DNA of 63,205 nucleotides, filler included, from Octopus bimaculoides (taxonomy: Eukaryota), in the NCBI RefSeq assembly GCF_001194135.2. It is 7 parts of 7 records of this genome, joined end to end, with 100 filler letters (N's around TTAATTAATTAA, not from the genome) between each part and the next. Parts side by side here need not be neighbours in the genome. Positions count along the whole stretch, not along the records: positions 16,533 to 47,768 come from NC_068982.1; 6 more parts are not named here. One strand, written 5' to 3'. Below the pieces are notes generated by a model. That model was not told where the DNA came from. It ran no database searches and saw only the letters and a list, made by a program, of their open reading frames with translations. Made by a program: the position numbers and the translations under genes. Of this stretch, positions 24,968-37,011 are shown one piece after another. Within the stretch, counting starts at the first letter, position 1, and each line of letters opens with the position of its first letter.

Positions 24968-26880
24968 AGGTAAATCGATTATATCAAACCTAGCGCTCAA
25001 CTTCCCGGTGGAATTTGAACTCAGAACATAAAGAACCGAACTAGATGTCAACGCCCTAACGGTTCTGTCAATCCACCGCCCAAAATAATAGTTGTTTCTG
25101 AGCATAAGGTCTGAAATTTTAGGGAGGAGATTAACCGATTATATCAATCAATATTGATTAGTAGTTTATTTTGTCTACTTTGGAGGGATGAAAGACAAAA
25201 GTTGACTTCTACGGGATTTGGTCTCAGAACATAGAATGACGCAAGAAAATACTGCAAGACATTTTACCCAATGTGCTAACGATTCTGCTAATTCGGTGCC
25301 CTTAATTATCTTTAATTCAGACACAATCTTTTAAGGCAGCGAGTTTTCACACCGGGCAAAATACTTAGCGGTATTTCGTCCATCTTTACGTTCCGAGTTC
25401 ATATTCCGCCGAGGTCGACTTTGCCGTTCATCTTTTCAAGGTCGATAATATAAATACCAGTTGAACATTGGAATCGAAGTAATCGACTTAACTTCGTCGT
25501 CGAAATTGCTGGCTTTGTGCCATGCATTTGAAACCAATTCATGCACAATTTTGAGGGAGGCTGCAATATTCGATTATATCGAAAACTTATAAATACTTGA
25601 CTGGTACTTTATTTTATCGATTCCAAAAGGTGGCATATGAACTCTGAGCATAAGAAGTTGGAACGAATACGAAAAGGCATTTTCTTTGACGTTCTGACGA
25701 TTCTGTCATTTCATCCACCTTTCCAATAATTTCAACAGTGTTTGAGGCTATGTGTGTGGGTGGGTGGGGTGAGTCGATTACATTGATTCCAGTACTTGAT
25801 TGGAAACTTATTTTATCGACCTCAGAGGGATGAAAGACCTCGGTGAGATTTGAAATCAGAACGTGAAGAAATGCAATCAAATACTGCAAGGCATTTTGTT
25901 AGAGAATAACTATTTCGGTCACAAAACCTGTAATTTGATAATTTTAAAATGTATGTGTTTAGATTTTTGTGACAAAAATTCAAAAACATAGCTACTGTTG
26001 ACAGATGCAATTGGTTGTTTAGATTACGAAATGACGGAACGACGAATACATCCTGTTGTTACCAACGCTGATCCACTTGTATGGTCTGATCAATTAACTT
26101 TCGCCATCTCAGTTTATGCTGTTATAAATATATATTTTTATAACTCCACTGCTTCTGTAAGAGTAGCAGAATCTATTTATAAAGTGATCTACTCAAAACG
26201 TTAGTTATTCTCCAAACGGTCAACAACTAATTTTTGAGACGAATGATTCAGTAATGCTACGTGGGACTCAATAATAATAATAATAATAATCCTTTCCATT
26301 AAAGGCACAAGGCCTGAAATTCTAGGGGTGGAGCTAAGTCGATTACATCGAAACTAGTGCTCAACTGGTACTTATTTTTTATCGACTCCGAAAGCATGAA
26401 AGGCAAAGTCGACTTTGGTGGAATTTCAACTGAGAACGTAAAAACGGACGAAACGCCGCTAAGCATTTTGCCCGGCGTGCTACCAATTCTGCCAGCTGGC
26501 CGTTTTATATAATATTAATAATTCTTTCTATTGGAAAGACCCCCCTCCAGTGCGTAACTGGTACTTATTTAATTTACCTTGAAAGGATGAAAGGCAAAGT
26601 CGACTTCGGCGGAATTTGAACTCAGAACGTGCAGACAGACGAAGTGCCGCAAAGCATTTCGCCCCGCGAGCTAACGATTCTATCAGCTTGCCACCTTTTA
26701 CATAATGATAATAATGGTTTTAAATTTTGGTACAAGGCTAGCAATTTTAGAGGAGTACTTACTTTATCGACCCCGAAAGGATGAAAACTAAAGTCGGTCT
26801 CGGCGGCATTTGAACTCAGAACGTAAAGTCGGAAGAAATGCTGCTAAGCATTTTGACCGTCGCTCTAACGATTCTTCTAG
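24968..26880. mobile_element. Cluster of ~8 SINE family A copies/fragments, mostly minus strand, one plus (~25335-25475)
   Basis: The repeated core GAAAGGATGAAAGGCAAAGTCGAC…GGAATTTGAACTCAGAACGT…CCGCTAAGCATTT…CTAACGATTC recurs at about 24970, 25180, 25620, 25820, 26390, 26580 and 26770, with one inverted copy. Confidence 0.9.
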
Positions 26881-26929
26881 AGTCCGTGATCAAACTTATC
26901 CGAACACTTTAATGGTAATTGTCGATCCC

Positions 26930-27125
26930 AAAAGGAAGCCACTACATAGTCTCTCCATCGAATAGAAATAGCAGCCAAATCTCTCCCAAACCATACTCCT
27001 GTCCGGCTTTAAAATAGGGACATATTTCCATTGTGTAGTTTTAGATACAGGAAGACTGGGATACACAGGTGTCCTTGCTCAATATTAACCATGGGCTAAA
27101 CAGTAGCAACAGCAACTGGTACTAA
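26930..27125. mobile_element. Dispersed repeat family D (unclassified, SINE/LINE-tail-like)
   Basis: Motif TAGAAATAGCAGCCAAATCTC…AAA…TGTAGT.TTAGATAC recurs at about 32205-32400, 34440-34590, 45000-45050, 45690-46300, 46360-46510 and 47620-47720. Confidence 0.6.
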
Positions 27126-27246
27126 TAATATCGACCCTGGAAGAATAAACGTCAAAGTTGACCTCTTCTAGGTTTGAACTTGTGAAGTTTGTAAACTTCT
27201 ATCACATGGAATCCACATCCGGAAACTGATTGAAATTAGTTAACAT

Positions 27247-27410
27247 AGGCGCAGGAGTGGCTGTGTCGTAAGTAGCTTGCTTACCAAGCTCATGGTTCCG
27301 GGTTTGGTCCCACTGTGTGGCACCTTGGACAAGTGTCTTCTACTATAGCGTCAGGCCGACCAAAGCCTTGTGAGTGGATTTGGTTGATGGAAACTGAAGG
27401 AAGCCCCGTC

Positions 27411-27445
<35 letters not shown>

Positions 27446-27975
27446 TGNNNNNNNNNNNNNNNNNNNNNNNNNNNNNNNNNNNNNNNNNNNNNNNNNNNNN
27501 NNNNNNNNNNNNNNNNNNNNNNNNNNNNNNNNNNNNNNNNNNNNNNNNNNNNNNNNNNNNNNNNNNNNNNNNNNNNNNNNNNNNNNNNNNNNNNNNNNNN
27601 NNNNNNNNNNNNNNNNNNNNNNNNNNNNNNNNNNNNNNNNNNNNNNNNNNNNNNNNNNNNNNNNNNNNNNNNNNNNNNNNNNNNNNNNNNNNNNNNNNNN
27701 NNNNNNNNNNNNNNNNNNNNNNNNNNNNNNNNNNNNNNNNNNNNNNNNNNNNNNNNNNNNNNNNNNNNNNNNNNNNNNNNNNNNNNNNNNNNNNNNNNNN
27801 NNNNNNNNNNNNNNNNNNNNNNNNNNNNNNNNNNNNNNNNNNNNNNNNNNNNNNNNNNNNNNNNNNNNNNNNNNNNNNNNNNNNNNNNNNNNNNNNNNNN
27901 NNNNNNNNNNNNNNNNNNNNNNNNNNNTCTGTCTGTTTGTCCCCCTTCACCGCTTAACAAGTGATGCCTGCAGTC
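27247..27975 (+). mobile_element. SINE family B: tRNA head, internal (TG)n spanning a gap, start of 3' half
   Basis: A-box-like TGGCTGTGTCG and B-box-like GGTTTGGTCCC, followed by CACCTTGGACAAGTGTCTTCTACTATAG…AAGCCCCGTCGTATGTGTG…TGTCCCCCTTCACCGCTT. Confidence 0.85.
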
Positions 27976-28029
27976 TAATGTTAAACAAGTAAAAAATAAA
28001 AGATAAACACATTAAAAATATATTATAGA

Positions 28030-28205
28030 CACTGGAGTGCCTATATGGTAAGAAATTTGCTTCCCAAGTATATAGTTCTGAATTCAGGCTCACAGTGTGG
28101 CACTCTGGTCAAATGCCTTCTACTATAACCCTGGGCTGACCAAAAACCTGGTGAGTGGATCCGGTGGGTGGCAACTGAAAAAGTCCGCTATATATATATA
28201 TATAT
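28030..28205 (+). mobile_element. SINE family B head (diverged) ending in (TA)n
   Basis: Similarity to 27247-27415. Confidence 0.75.
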
Positions 28206-28206
28206 C

Positions 28207-28278
28207 AGGTCATCCTATAAGTTCTGTCCGAATTTTGAATAAAGAAAACAAGTGATCAAATGTTATATTTAATTGAAA
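28207..28278. mobile_element. mariner-like terminal fragment
   Basis: TA followed by TCAGGTCATCCTATAAGTTCTGTCCG, resembling a mariner TIR; truncated by the PLE. Confidence 0.4.
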
Positions 28279-29522
28279 TGCTACCTGGATGACTGTTTCA
28301 TCCTGTGGCCGTATAACCTTGACCAACTCTCAAAATTTAAAAACTTAACAACATTAACCACATTATCCAGTTCACAATAGGATACAGCCACAAACGACTA
28401 CACTTCCTGGACATCTTAATCATAAGAAGAGATACTGAAGTTGAAACCGACATCTTCTTCAAACCAACGGACTCAAAACAATATTTTCTATTCTCCTCCT
28501 GCCACCCAAAACATACTAAAATAAGTATATTGTTAAGCTTAGCAAAAAGAATTTGCACGATTGCATCATATCCCGAAACCCGAGAAAAGCGACTCCAAGA
28601 ACTTAAAAACACATTACTAGATAGAAAATACCTGGCCAGTCTAATAAAAAATGGAATAGACTGTACAAAAATGATAGACAACCAAGAGTTACGGAAAACA
28701 AGAAGGCACCATGGCAAACTTATTAACACACAATCCGAGGAACATGGAAGCATACAACATCACCCACCAAAATATACCCCTCCTTAGGAAGGACGTGTGA
28801 ATAAAAAAGGCACTGGAAACAGATTATTAAAAGCAAAAGACAACCGCAATCCCTAAAAAAGTTACTCACCAGCGCCAAATTACCCACCAAAAATACAACT
28901 CCACTAGCCAAAAAGTGCAACCGCCCTAACTGCGGAACTTGCATCTTCCACTAAGAGGAACATACAAATTTAAGTCAAGTCAAACTTTTACCATAAAAAA
29001 TCACTTCACCTGTGCTTTGAAGAACCTAATCTATGTTCTCAAATGTGGACGGTGTGATGGAGACTACATAGGTCAAATTAGTTTAACCTTGAGGGACAGA
29101 CTAACGGTGCACAGGTAACAAATCCAGGACCCCAGACTAGGAAAATTCCCGTAAACAAACACCTAGACCAATGCCCCGTAAATATAAACCCGAAATACCA
29201 AATCTTCCCTCTCTATCAATGCACCAGAAACACTTCAACCCAATTCCGTTTAAATAAGGAAAGTGTACTCATAAAAAAATATAAAGCACAGCTGAATATC
29301 CTTTAGAAAGAAGAAAAGACACTAAAGAGAAAAAGGGGAAAATGTTCAATTTCTCCACAAAAAAAAATAAAACCCAACTAGGAACAACAAACAATTTTAA
29401 ATACTTTAGTAAAAGTCTTCCACCCGGGTTTCGAAACTGCAACTCCAAATCACCAGTTGCCGACGTCACCTATCTCTAGACCAATGAAATTTTACCAAGT
29501 AGGACACGTTAATATAATTTTA

Positions 29523-29948
29523 ACAAGTAAGACACATTAATATAATTTTTCTTAAATATTTTAACAGAGTAAAAAGACGGAAGAAATTCATGTTGTCACT
29601 ATTGTAGCTAGGAATAGACTACAACTTCTAAAAATCACATGGAGCATAGTGGAGTCATAGGGTTGTAATTCATTTCTAATTCATATATCTCTTTATCAAC
29701 TACTAAATCTGAGCCTAGAAGACTGTGTCTATCTTAAATAAAGGACAAGAGTGAGTTGACAGCTCATGGCTAGGTATGGTCATAAATATTATATTACAAC
29801 CCTTACAACCCTATAACCCCATTATGCTCCATGCGATTCTTGGAAGTTGTAGTCTATTCCTAGCAACAATAGTGACAACATGAATTTCTTCCGTCTTCTT
29901 ACTCTGTTAAAATATGTAAGAAAAATTATATTAATGTGTCCTACTTGT
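29523..29948. repeat. Long inverted repeat (foldback), ~150-bp arms, ~120-bp spacer
   Basis: ACAAGTAAGACACATTAATATAATTTTTC…GGGTTGTAA versus TTACAACCC…GAAAAATTATATTAATGTGTCCTACTTGT, with few mismatches. Confidence 0.92.
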
Positions 29949-29969
29949 CATAATTCCATCTATTTATTT

Positions 29970-30056
29970 GCGCAGCTGAAGATAGCATTGCATTTAAATT
30001 GATATAATGATTGCATTGTTCAATCAAATGGAGTCGCTTGAAACGGTCGTACTACA
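29970..30056 (+). ncRNA. Degenerate type-I hammerhead ribozyme with long stem II
   Basis: CTGAAGA (29976-82), a foldable insert, GAAAC (30040-44), GGTC loop, GTA (30049-51). Stem I is only partly paired. Confidence 0.45.
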
Positions 30057-30086
30057 TTACTACTTGATATCTTGTTGCTTATTTTG

Positions 30087-30127
<41 letters not shown>

Positions 30128-30539
30128 NNNNNNNNNNNNNNNNNNNNNNNNNNNNNNNNNNNNNNNNNNNNNNNNNNNNNNNNNNNNNNNNNNNNNNNNN
30201 NNNNNNNNNNNNNNNNNNNNNNNNNNNNNNNNNNNNNNNNNNNNNNNNNNNNNNNNNNNNNNNNNNNNNNNNNNNNNNNNNNNNNNNNNNNNNNNNNNNN
30301 NNNNNNNNNNNNNNNNNNNNNNNNNNNNNNNNNNNNNNNNNNNNNNNNNNNNNNNNNNNNNNNNNNNNNNNNNNNNNNNNNNNNNNNNNNNNNNNNNNNN
30401 NNNNNNNNNNNNNNNNNNNNNNNNNNNNNNNNNNNNNNNNNNNNNNNNNNNNNNNNNNNNNNNNNNNNNNNNNNNNNNNNNNNNNNNNNNNNNNNNNNNN
30501 NNNNNNNNNNNNNNNNNNNNNNNNNNNNNNNNNNNNNNN

Positions 30540-30547
30540 ACACACAC

Positions 30548-30603
<56 letters not shown>

Positions 30604-30815
30604 TTGTGTGTCTGTTTTTGTCCCCCACCATCGCTTGACAATCGATGTTGGTATGTTTACGTCCATGTAACTTAATGGTTCGGCAAAATAGATCGATAGA
30701 TTAAGTGCTAGGCTTACAAAGAATAAATCCTGGGTTCGATTTGTTCCACTAAAGGTGGTGCTACAGTATGGCCACAGTCAAATGACTGAAACAAGTAAAA
30801 GAGTAAAAGTAAGAG
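30540..30815 (+). mobile_element. SINE family B 3' half (microsatellite + tail)
   Basis: (TA)n(TG)n then TGTCCCCCACCATCGCTTGACAA…AAGGTGGTGCTACAGTATGGCCACAGTCAAATGACTGAAACAAGTAAAAGAGTAAAAG. Confidence 0.85.
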
Positions 30816-30852
30816 AATACACACGCACACACACGCACACACACGCACACTC

Positions 30853-31038
30853 ACGGGGAGGTGCTGAAAAGTTCCCGACTTTAAGGGTGTCGCGAAAGGC
30901 CTGGCTGGAGGCTCAACCTTCCGAGTTCGTTTACAGGGCTTAAAAGGAACTGAAGGACCGCTGCAATAAGTGTGTGAATCTGAGAGGGGAATATGTTGAA
31001 TAAAATCATAATCAACTGATCCTCCTACATTTTCTTTT
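30853..31038 (+). mobile_element. Internally deleted mariner element
   Basis: TIR-like CGGGGAGGTGCTGAAAAGTTCC and C-terminal peptide KELKDRCNKCVNLRGEYVE*. Confidence 0.7.
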
Positions 31039-31198
31039 NNNNNNNNNNNNNNNNNNNNNNNNNNNNNNNNNNNNNNNNNNNNNNNNNNNNNNNNNNNNNN
31101 NNNNNNNNNNNNNNNNNNNNNNNNNNNNNNNNNNNNNNNNNNNNNNNNNNNNNNNNNNNNNNNNNNNNNNNNNNNNNNNNNNNNNNNNNNNNNNNNNN

Positions 31199-31232
<34 letters not shown>

Positions 31233-31432
31233 TGCGTGTGTCTTTGTGTTTGGTATCCACCACGGCTTGACAACGGCTGTCCTCGTAACTTAGCCTAAAG
31301 AGACCGATATATAATAGAAAGCTTTAAAAAGACAACCCCCCCCAAAAAAAAACTGGGGGCGATTTCTTCAACTAAAATCCTTTATGGCGATGCCCCAGCA
31401 TGGACGTAGTCCAATGACTAAACCGAGTAAAA
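31199..31432 (+). mobile_element. SINE family B 3' half (diverged)
   Basis: (TG)n then CCACCACGGCTTGACAAC…GGCGATGCCCCAGCATGG…AATGACTAAACCGAGTAAAAGA. Confidence 0.75.
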
Positions 31433-32803
31433 GATCTCGTACACACGCGTGCGCGTACACTAACCGATGTGTGACGTGTTAGGATGTTGTGAATAGGTCA
31501 TACACTTATTTTTTTTCTCCTGCTGAAACTAACTACTGCTACTATTCCTGTCATGTTAAACGCTATATTTCCACGAGAACTAAATAACACTATCATCCTC
31601 ACCGTCACCATCGTCGTCGTCGTCGTCGTCGTCGTCAATATAATCATCATTGTCACCACCATTTTTCTCCACGCTACCATCATCATTATAATCGTCATCG
31701 TAGCCGTCGTCGTCGCCATCACAATTATTATCTTCATCATCTTTATCATCATCCTTGAAATCACGATAAATTGGTGAGTCGATCCACTTACTCCCATATC
31801 ACTCTGATTCTCCGAAATCTAAGTGAACCAGAGGAAACCTCTAATCAATGATGCCATAGTTCCAAAAATATATCTATACTATATTTGATAAAACATCCAT
31901 TATTAGATGGTGAAGTGTATACCAAAATTGGTAAGCGATATATATCAGCACTACCCTCCTATTCCTTTTTGTTGTTCTCCTCCTTATTCCTTTCTTTCTC
32001 TTCTTCCTCCTCATCATCTTTTCTCTGTATGAGTGTATTTTAAACTTAATTAGGATGCTCTGAGTAGTCAGTCTGCATCACCAGTTTCGCTTCAATTCTC
32101 CTGGTGCAAGCAACGCACCCGCAGCACTCGCTAACCCTACTCTCAATGCCAGCATTCCTATCACATGCTGGGGGAGCACCACACAAGCATTATTCACCAG
32201 AGCCAACGAGGAAGCCTCTAAGGTGGTTGTTCGATCTATTAGAAATAGTAGCCAAATCTCCTTCAAATCTCAACCGACCTTTTTAAATAAGATTCGGACA
32301 TCATTTATGTAGTCTTAGATACGACTGTAAAGACAACAACAATAAATAAATAAAAACCAGAGTAGTCATGACTAGAAGACCTTTGATTAGTGTTGACCTA
32401 GAGTCGATACACACACTCCCATGTCACTCTTATTCTCCGAAATGTAAGTGAACCAGAGGAAACATTTGATCGATGATGCTATTGTTCCAAAAATACACAT
32501 ATGATAAAACATCTATCATCAGATGGTGAAGTGTATGTGTGAAAGGTAAACCAGTGTTATGTCAATGAATATCCCAATATGCCGCCTGGTTTACCACCGC
32601 CAATTGGTCTTTAGATGTATTTAATGGAGTTCATTCTATGGCAAGACCGCGAATCCTTCTCCACCGACGTATTTATTTCTTGCCGGTACTAACCAATAAG
32701 TATTTCATGCTGGGCATCGGTGTCGTCAAACTCGCGACTCTTTCTGCTATACGAGAATCCCTTGGTTAACAATATCTTCTTAATGGAAACTTCAGATGTC
32801 CAG

Positions 32804-33037
32804 TATGGCGGCGATCTGGCAGAAATGTTAGCACGCCGGGCGAAATGCCTAGCAGTATTTCGCCTGCCGTTACGTTCTGAGTTCAAATTCCGCCGAGGTC
32901 GACTTTGCCTTTCATCCTTTCGGGGTCGATTAGATAAGTACCAGTTACTCATTGGGTCGATGTAATCGGCTTAACCCCTTTGTCTGTCCTTGTTTGTCCC
33001 CTCTGTGTGTAACCCTTTGTGGACAGTAAAGAAATAA
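32804..33037 (+). mobile_element. Full-length SINE family A with 18-bp TSD
   Basis: tRNA-like head (GGCGATCTGGCAGAA; GAGTTCAAATTCC). TSD GAAACTTCAGATGT(C/T)CAG at 32786-32803 and 33038-33055 (17/18). Confidence 0.93.
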
Positions 33038-33564
33038 GAAACTTCAGATGTTCAGCAATGCTTAACATCTCAGAACCTTAAAAGTACAATATTACCCGGG
33101 ATTAGCACCAACAAGCAGAAACATCTCAAAGGTCCGATTCATTCTTTAACTTCGTCCTAATCATCTGAACCTTGTAAAACCTGCAGATGGTGATATTCAC
33201 AATATGGGTGGTTATACGTAATTTGTCTCTCAGTTAAAAACCCCTTCTGGAATCTTGTATGCCTTTACAGAATCCACGATTGCAATTATTCAGGTCACTT
33301 TCCCAGTTTGAGGATACCTTTCTCTCTGCCTCCTCCTTACTACTAGTAGTCGCAGAGGCCCAATGAAAGGTCATGGGTACTAAAGTTTCTTCCTGACTAA
33401 AAGACACCGAATCAAATTATTATCCCAATAGTTTTGGTTTAATCAGAGAATCAGCTAAAAAATGTTATCATTCACCCTATTAGTACGGTTCAACGTGGGT
33501 TCACTGTATCAATATGCGAGTGTTTGTATGCATGTATGTATATATACATACATACGATTCAAAA

Positions 33565-33703
33565 TACTGCATATATACACACCAAAATACCTCGTTGTTG
33601 TAGAAATTCCAACGAAAGAGCCTTGGATCTAGGTTAGAGGGCGGTTCTTTATTAGCAAGAAACCTTGAAATAAAACTGAATAATTACCTACGAACGCGTG
33701 CGT

Positions 33704-33781
<78 letters not shown>
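33565..33781 (+). mobile_element. REL-LINE 3' UTR fragment followed by TACA/(CA)n
   Basis: GAAATTCCAACGAAAGAGCCTTGGATCTAGG…CTTGAAATAAAACTGAATAA matches the reverse complement of 37015-37100. Confidence 0.75.
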
Positions 33782-35007
33782 TGTGTATACAGTTAAAGAT
33801 CGACGTAGATTATCATTATCTAGTCGGCTTCCTGTATAGTGGTTTGTCGATACTGTATTTAACAGTGTTACTAGTAGCGGAAATTCAGATAAAGTTCTAT
33901 ACAACCACAGTGTTACAAAAATTAAAACTTACTCATATCTTCATAAAATGTTTTCTCATCTAAATTAACATATTTGTTTCCGGTTTAGATGAATTTGTTC
34001 TCTAAGTTTTAAGTTTTAATTAGATAATTTTTAATTAGGTTTTCACACACACACACACAAACTCCACCCACTCTAACGTATACTACCGCGTGCGTGTGCG
34101 TGTGTACGTGTGTGTTGGTGATAAAATATTACAATACTTATCTACTGACTCATAGAGCTCGAGTAACCGAATGACGTGTTAATACATATAAACCGTTTGA
34201 AATGATGGTTAATTTACATGGTTAATTTACCGACTTAGCTGTCCTTTGAACATATATATTTACATCTACCTTTACTGGGAACAGTATAATATATATTCGT
34301 TATAAAGAACCGTGTATATGTCTCAACACGCAGTACACACAGGCAACTCTATACAGTGTATGTTTATTTAAGATTTATGTCAGTTCAAATTTCCTCTATC
34401 GTAGGCACACATGACGCTCGCGGGAGTCTTTTACGTATTCGCTCCACTGGCAGTCGAATTACCGTCTAATCATACAGCCACCGTCTTAAAGTAGGAAGAA
34501 CACATTACGTAATGTAATCCTAGATACACTACGTTTGAGTGAAAGATGGGATAGTCACGCTTGAAACGCTTTTCAGTTTATGAAGTGTGATGAATAGAGC
34601 TGAACGGGAGGCGAGGGTACTAAGCAAGTAAGTGCAGACATAAACGGAAATGTTCTTAATTTGTACTGATGCGTTCAAATCTCTTTATACTAGAGCGTCG
34701 GATAGAATACCTGGCGGTATTTGGCTACATTTTTGAATTTAAATCCCGCCAGGCTTAAGTTTGTATCAGTTACTGATGTTGATTTAATCGACTGTTTCCT
34801 TCTCCAAAATTTGTGATCTTATTCATATTTATCGTTATTTATTTTACCCAAGTCCTTCGCTTCCTATGGAGCATAGGCCATCGACGGTTTTTCTCCAGTT
34901 TGGTTTTGAGCTGACATCGATACTTCTGTAACTTTGCTTTTTTTTTCTAGTTAGGGTTGTTAGCCTTATGCAAATCCATTTGGTGGTCAATATGAGTTTG
35001 GCCTTAG

Positions 35008-35230
35008 ACAGTGAGCTGGTAGAATCGTTAGCACTCCGGGCAAAATGCTTAGCGGCATTTCATCCGTCTTTACGTTCTGAGTTCATTTTTTTTTTTGCTG
35101 AGGCCATCGTTGCCTCTCATCCTTTCGGGGTCTATAAAATAAACACCAGTTGAGCACTGAGATCGATGTAATCGACTTAACCCCTCTCCCGAACTTTCTG
35201 GCATTGTACTAAAAATTTGAAACCAATATT
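35008..35230 (+). mobile_element. SINE family A copy with alternative 3' tail
   Basis: Head and core as at 32804. The tail CCCCTCTCCCGAACTTTCTGGCATTGTACTAAAATTTGAAACCAATATTA differs from that copy. Confidence 0.85.
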
Positions 35231-35231
35231 A

Positions 35232-35350
35232 GTTTGACCCCCATCCTTTAACCTATCCAGCATAGGAAGCCCTACTAGGAGTTTGCGCCCAACTGGCATA
35301 GTTCTTGGGATCATTGTATGGTGGCTTGTGTGCCACCACCTGTGTGGTGG
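35232..35350 (-). mobile_element. Possible RTE-clade LINE 3' UTR fragment
   Basis: TTTGACCCC…TTTAACCTATCCAGCATAGGAAGCCCTACTAGGAG…GGCATAGTTCTTGGGATCATTG resembles RTE 3' UTRs from recall only. Confidence 0.3.
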
Positions 35351-37011
35351 ATGTCTATTGTGGAAAACCATACTTTGTTTTTTCCTCGCTTCGATCAACT
35401 TTGCATTGCATTCTTCCAGGAAAGACAAAATTAGTATGAACCAAATACTGGGATCAATTTAATAACTCGGTTTCCCTCCCACCACATAAAAAATAAGACT
35501 TTGTATCAATGTTAGAAACCATGATTACCACTACCCTCGGATACATGTAAACTACAACACATGTAACTCTTTACTCTTCCTCCATAAAGGGTCTGACTCT
35601 GAAATGTATTCCTTGTATCTCTACTATATTCAATTAAACTATAACACTTCTACTTGAATTACTGTTACCGATTTAGACCCTTCCTGCTCCCTTTTTTCCT
35701 GAATTCTACAGTATTAGTACTGTTTGTCACCGAAGATTATGGTTTGAGATTCCTTGGTGCCAGAACCGGCACTAGGGCTTTTGGTACCCAATGCAAGCAG
35801 GAGTATTCGGCATTACTTTTATATATATTTTAAAATTTTCACTAGGAAGTGAAATTGCAAAGTAGTTCCAAACACTCACAATTAACTACTTACAAGATCA
35901 CTAATTACGCAAAATTTTGAAATACACTTAACTTTACTCAAGGACTTTTCACATTCGAATAATTTTATTTTCATATTCCCCCTTTGTATTTAGAAGATCT
36001 CAACATATGATCTGGAGTCCTCTAGCACGCATGACTCCGGGAGACTGCCAAAGTTGCTAATGCCTTCAGCTGGCTTTGGTTGAATCTATATTACATACTC
36101 AACCTTTCCTCAAGCTGTATTTAGGCTCGTTCGATAAAAACAATTTTTTATGTTTGCACTCCAAGAAAAAATGTATCTATTAGAGGAGTAAATAGAGCTC
36201 TTTGCTTTTGGTGTTGGTAGTAGTAGTGGTGCTGGTGTGAAGTATTTGAAAGAGGGAGAATTCTGAATTCAAACCCCTGCTGGGTCTCTTTGGAGAAGAT
36301 TAAAAGCTGAAATACTGTGATATAAAACCTAATCTTTTATTCCGCCGAAAATTAAAAAAAGTAAATTATGTGCCGTGCAATCTCAGTTCATTATAAAATG
36401 TTCCCATACAGGTATCTTTTGTTAATGTTACTTTGTCAGGCGATTTCCATTTATAATATGACTATTTGAAAATCTATTAGCAGTGAGATATTTGGTGACG
36501 TGTATAAGTTCATCAATGAGAAGTAAGCAGGTAAAACCCAACCCACGCGTAAGGAGACTATAAAAAATTTTGATCAAGCTTCAGTTGTCTACTCGGGGAA
36601 CGGTTATGATTCGATTGAATTGTGGATAACAAAGCAGTTTTTCATACAAATGCTACTGATCGGTATGCGCGGTATGCAATAAAGAGTAACATTCGCTAGC
36701 GAACTTGAAGCATTACGAGTTGTAAAAGAGATTGACACGTTTTAGAAGGTGGACAGCCATCATGTATGTATGCATGTTTGTATTTATATGCGTAGTATGA
36801 TTTTTCTTTGAGTTTAAGTTCTTGAGAGGGTTCAAACCGGTTGCTAGCATACATACATACATACATACATACATACGTAAGTACGTATATACGTATGTGT
36901 ATGCGTGTGTGTGTGTATGTATGTTCAAGCCGGTTATTAACATGTGTGTATGTATGCATGTATGTGTATATGTATTCATGTGAGTATGTATATATGTATG
37001 TATGTATGTAT

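Larger units (their letters stand above)
28279..30070 (+). mobile_element. Penelope-like element (Neptune-type): RT from the YLDD motif, thumb, Cys linker, GIY-YIG, 3' pLTR with hammerhead-like motif
   Basis: YLDDCFILWP; QFTIGYSHKRLHFLDILI…DIFFKPTDSKQYFLFSSCHPKHTK; THNP; KCNRPNCGTC; FTCALKNLIYVLKCGRCDGDYIGQISLTLRDRLTVHR. Confidence 0.9.

Noticed and set aside
27247-27320. SINE heads (families A, B, C) as functional tRNA genes
   Set aside because: They have A/B boxes but continue into multi-copy SINE bodies with TSDs and lack complete cloverleafs.
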